NCBI RefSeq assembly: GCF_006345805.1
Contig: NC_042999.1
Location: 166,284,001-166,348,000, forward strand
Direction: 5' to 3'
From: Octopus sinensis
Lineage: Eukaryota
Length of the DNA stretch: 64,000 bases
Shown here: positions 62,301 to 64,000 of the stretch, in pieces
Layout: each line of letters begins with the position of its first letter
Position numbering within the stretch: position 1 is the stretch's first letter
Made by a program: the position numbers and the translations under genes
Notes under the pieces: model-generated
Database searches by the model: none
Told to the model about the DNA's origin: nothing
The model's input: only the letters and a program-made list of their open reading frames with translations

Positions 62301-64000
62301 TGTGCAGAAGGCTTTTCAAAGGCCACAGGTAGACAGAAATGACAACAATGCCAAACCTATGCCTTAAGGCATTTAACTTTCCCTCACTCTGACCTTCTGT
62401 AGTTTAAGCCAAGATAAAAATCAAATTTGTCTTCCATCACCCTGTGATGGTTCAGACTAATCAATGGAATTGGAATAGTACCAAATAAAACTCCTTGCAA
62501 TATTCATTTACGTTCCTTTTACATTTTGAATTCACATGTTTCTACAGTCAATATTGTCCTTTGTTATTCCGATGACCAATAAAACTTGCCAGTTAAGTAG
62601 TTGAGATTAATGGAATCTCCTGCAGAATTATTCAAACTTTATAGTCTTGTTCCTATTTTAGAAATTATTATTCATATTGTTGTCTTTTAAATAGCCCTTG
62701 GCATCTCTTCTTGTAAACACCTGCTCTATGAGTGTAGCTAACAAAACACAGAGGAATAGCAAAAGTAACCCACATCCTGGACATTCACATATAAAACGTG
62801 TTGCATCAATTTAGGTTGCGCTCAAACATTTTAGTTGTCATCCACTCTTTTACTGCTGTCTTGAGAATTAATAGATGGCCACTATTTCGTAGATGATTCA
62901 AAATTTATTGAGAACGTTCTTACAAGCCAATAACTGTAACACAATTAGCTTTGTGGCAATAACATAATGAGCATTTTCTTTGAGGTTTTTATTCTGTTAG
63001 TGAACACTTGTGTTCCATACATTTGAATCTGATACTTGGAAACTTGAATAATGGATTCTGCACATGTTTCCCTCTAAACCCCCCAGCATAATCAAGGGCT
63101 GACTTGATGTGGCTAAGGATTTTTCCTTCATATTTCACAAAGGTTGAAGATCAAAAAGGAATCGCAATGAGTTTATGAAAGTATTTTAGTGCATACCATA
63201 AATACAAACTCAAGGTAAAAGTAATTTGATGAAATTTCTAAATGTCAAAAGTCATCAAACTATTTTACAATGCCAAGTTTGTTAACATCTACAACTGAAA
63301 CAAAACTATGAGCCACTGATGAAAGTAGTAATAGAACAAATCTGTGGAGCCACTTTCTAACATTATTCAACACACTGTTGGCATTTTATTTCAAATGAAG
63401 ATCACAGTGGTCATCATAAACGTACTGCAGAATATGAAGCAATAGAGCAGAAATATGAAGCAAGAAACAAATGAATGATTTTGAAGAATATAGAGACCTC
63501 ACAGACTGACCCAAAATGGTTGAAGCCAAATGTTTGGCTAATTTGGCGATTCTGTCATACTGGTAACTTTTGTTAAAAACAGGACAAATGTCCTTTGCCA
63601 CAGCAAAGCAAGGTTTCATTATGGCAGGTGAATAAATTTGAAACAACCTCAGAATACTTTTGTTCAATTTTCCAAGGCAAGGATCAGATTCGAGCCTATG
63701 GTTCCATAGATGAACAAATTGCTTCATTGCAGTGGTTCTAAAAGAAGTGAATGTTAACATCCTCACTCTCAGAGACAGGGCTAAGATTGAGAAAAGAGGT
63801 GATGAAAATGAAAGCTTATGCAAGAAGAGGTTAGATTTAGTGTTACCACTGCCTTTGAATTCTTTGTTATTTATCTTCCTTAGTAGGATATGACCCACTC
63901 TGGATTAGTGTCAAAGAGGCAAGGAGCATAAAATACTTGGAATCTATTAATGACTGAACACAACTTATCAACTTATATTTGGCTGCATAGGTTAATTAGA

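Noticed and set aside
63386-63898. 170-aa ORF on the - strand
   Set aside because: No recognisable domain; possibly the antisense frame of a decayed DNA-transposon remnant, too degraded to call.
60240-64000. Next cPLA2 exon (end of C2, start of the catalytic domain)
   Set aside because: I found no convincing phase-0 exon by eye, so the gene presumably continues beyond the window.

Overview
AT-rich, microsatellite- and transposon-dense animal genomic DNA. It is most likely an octopus (coleoid cephalopod), inferred from the SINE families and repeat landscape rather than proven. One host gene is supported: the 5' part of a cytosolic phospholipase A2 (group IV, cPLA2-alpha-like) on the + strand. 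I could assemble five phase-compatible GT-AG exons (10158-10435, 37086-37110, 45714-45795, 53647-53793, 60123-60238; 648 nt, 216 aa). They encode a ~90-aa N-terminal extension plus the C2 domain, and the catalytic domain must lie beyond the window. The rest is transposable elements and simple repeats: tRNA-derived SINEs, RTE, R4/Dong, Tx1/L1, CR1 and Penelope remnants, Helitron, mariner and Merlin fragments, MITEs and several long fold-back inverted repeats. The most striking object is a young 3736-bp LTR retrotransposon in intron 1 (31959-35694, - strand, 276-bp LTRs differing at 2 sites, TACAG target duplication). It has no TGG-type primer-binding site. Instead, the 12 nt abutting its 5' LTR are the exact complement of nucleotides 1-12 of the conserved animal tRNA-Phe (sequence recalled from memory). 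This suggests priming by a very short 5' tRNA fragment. Most long ORFs in the supplied track are microsatellite artefacts. Many TE boundaries are approximate, and no database searches were run.
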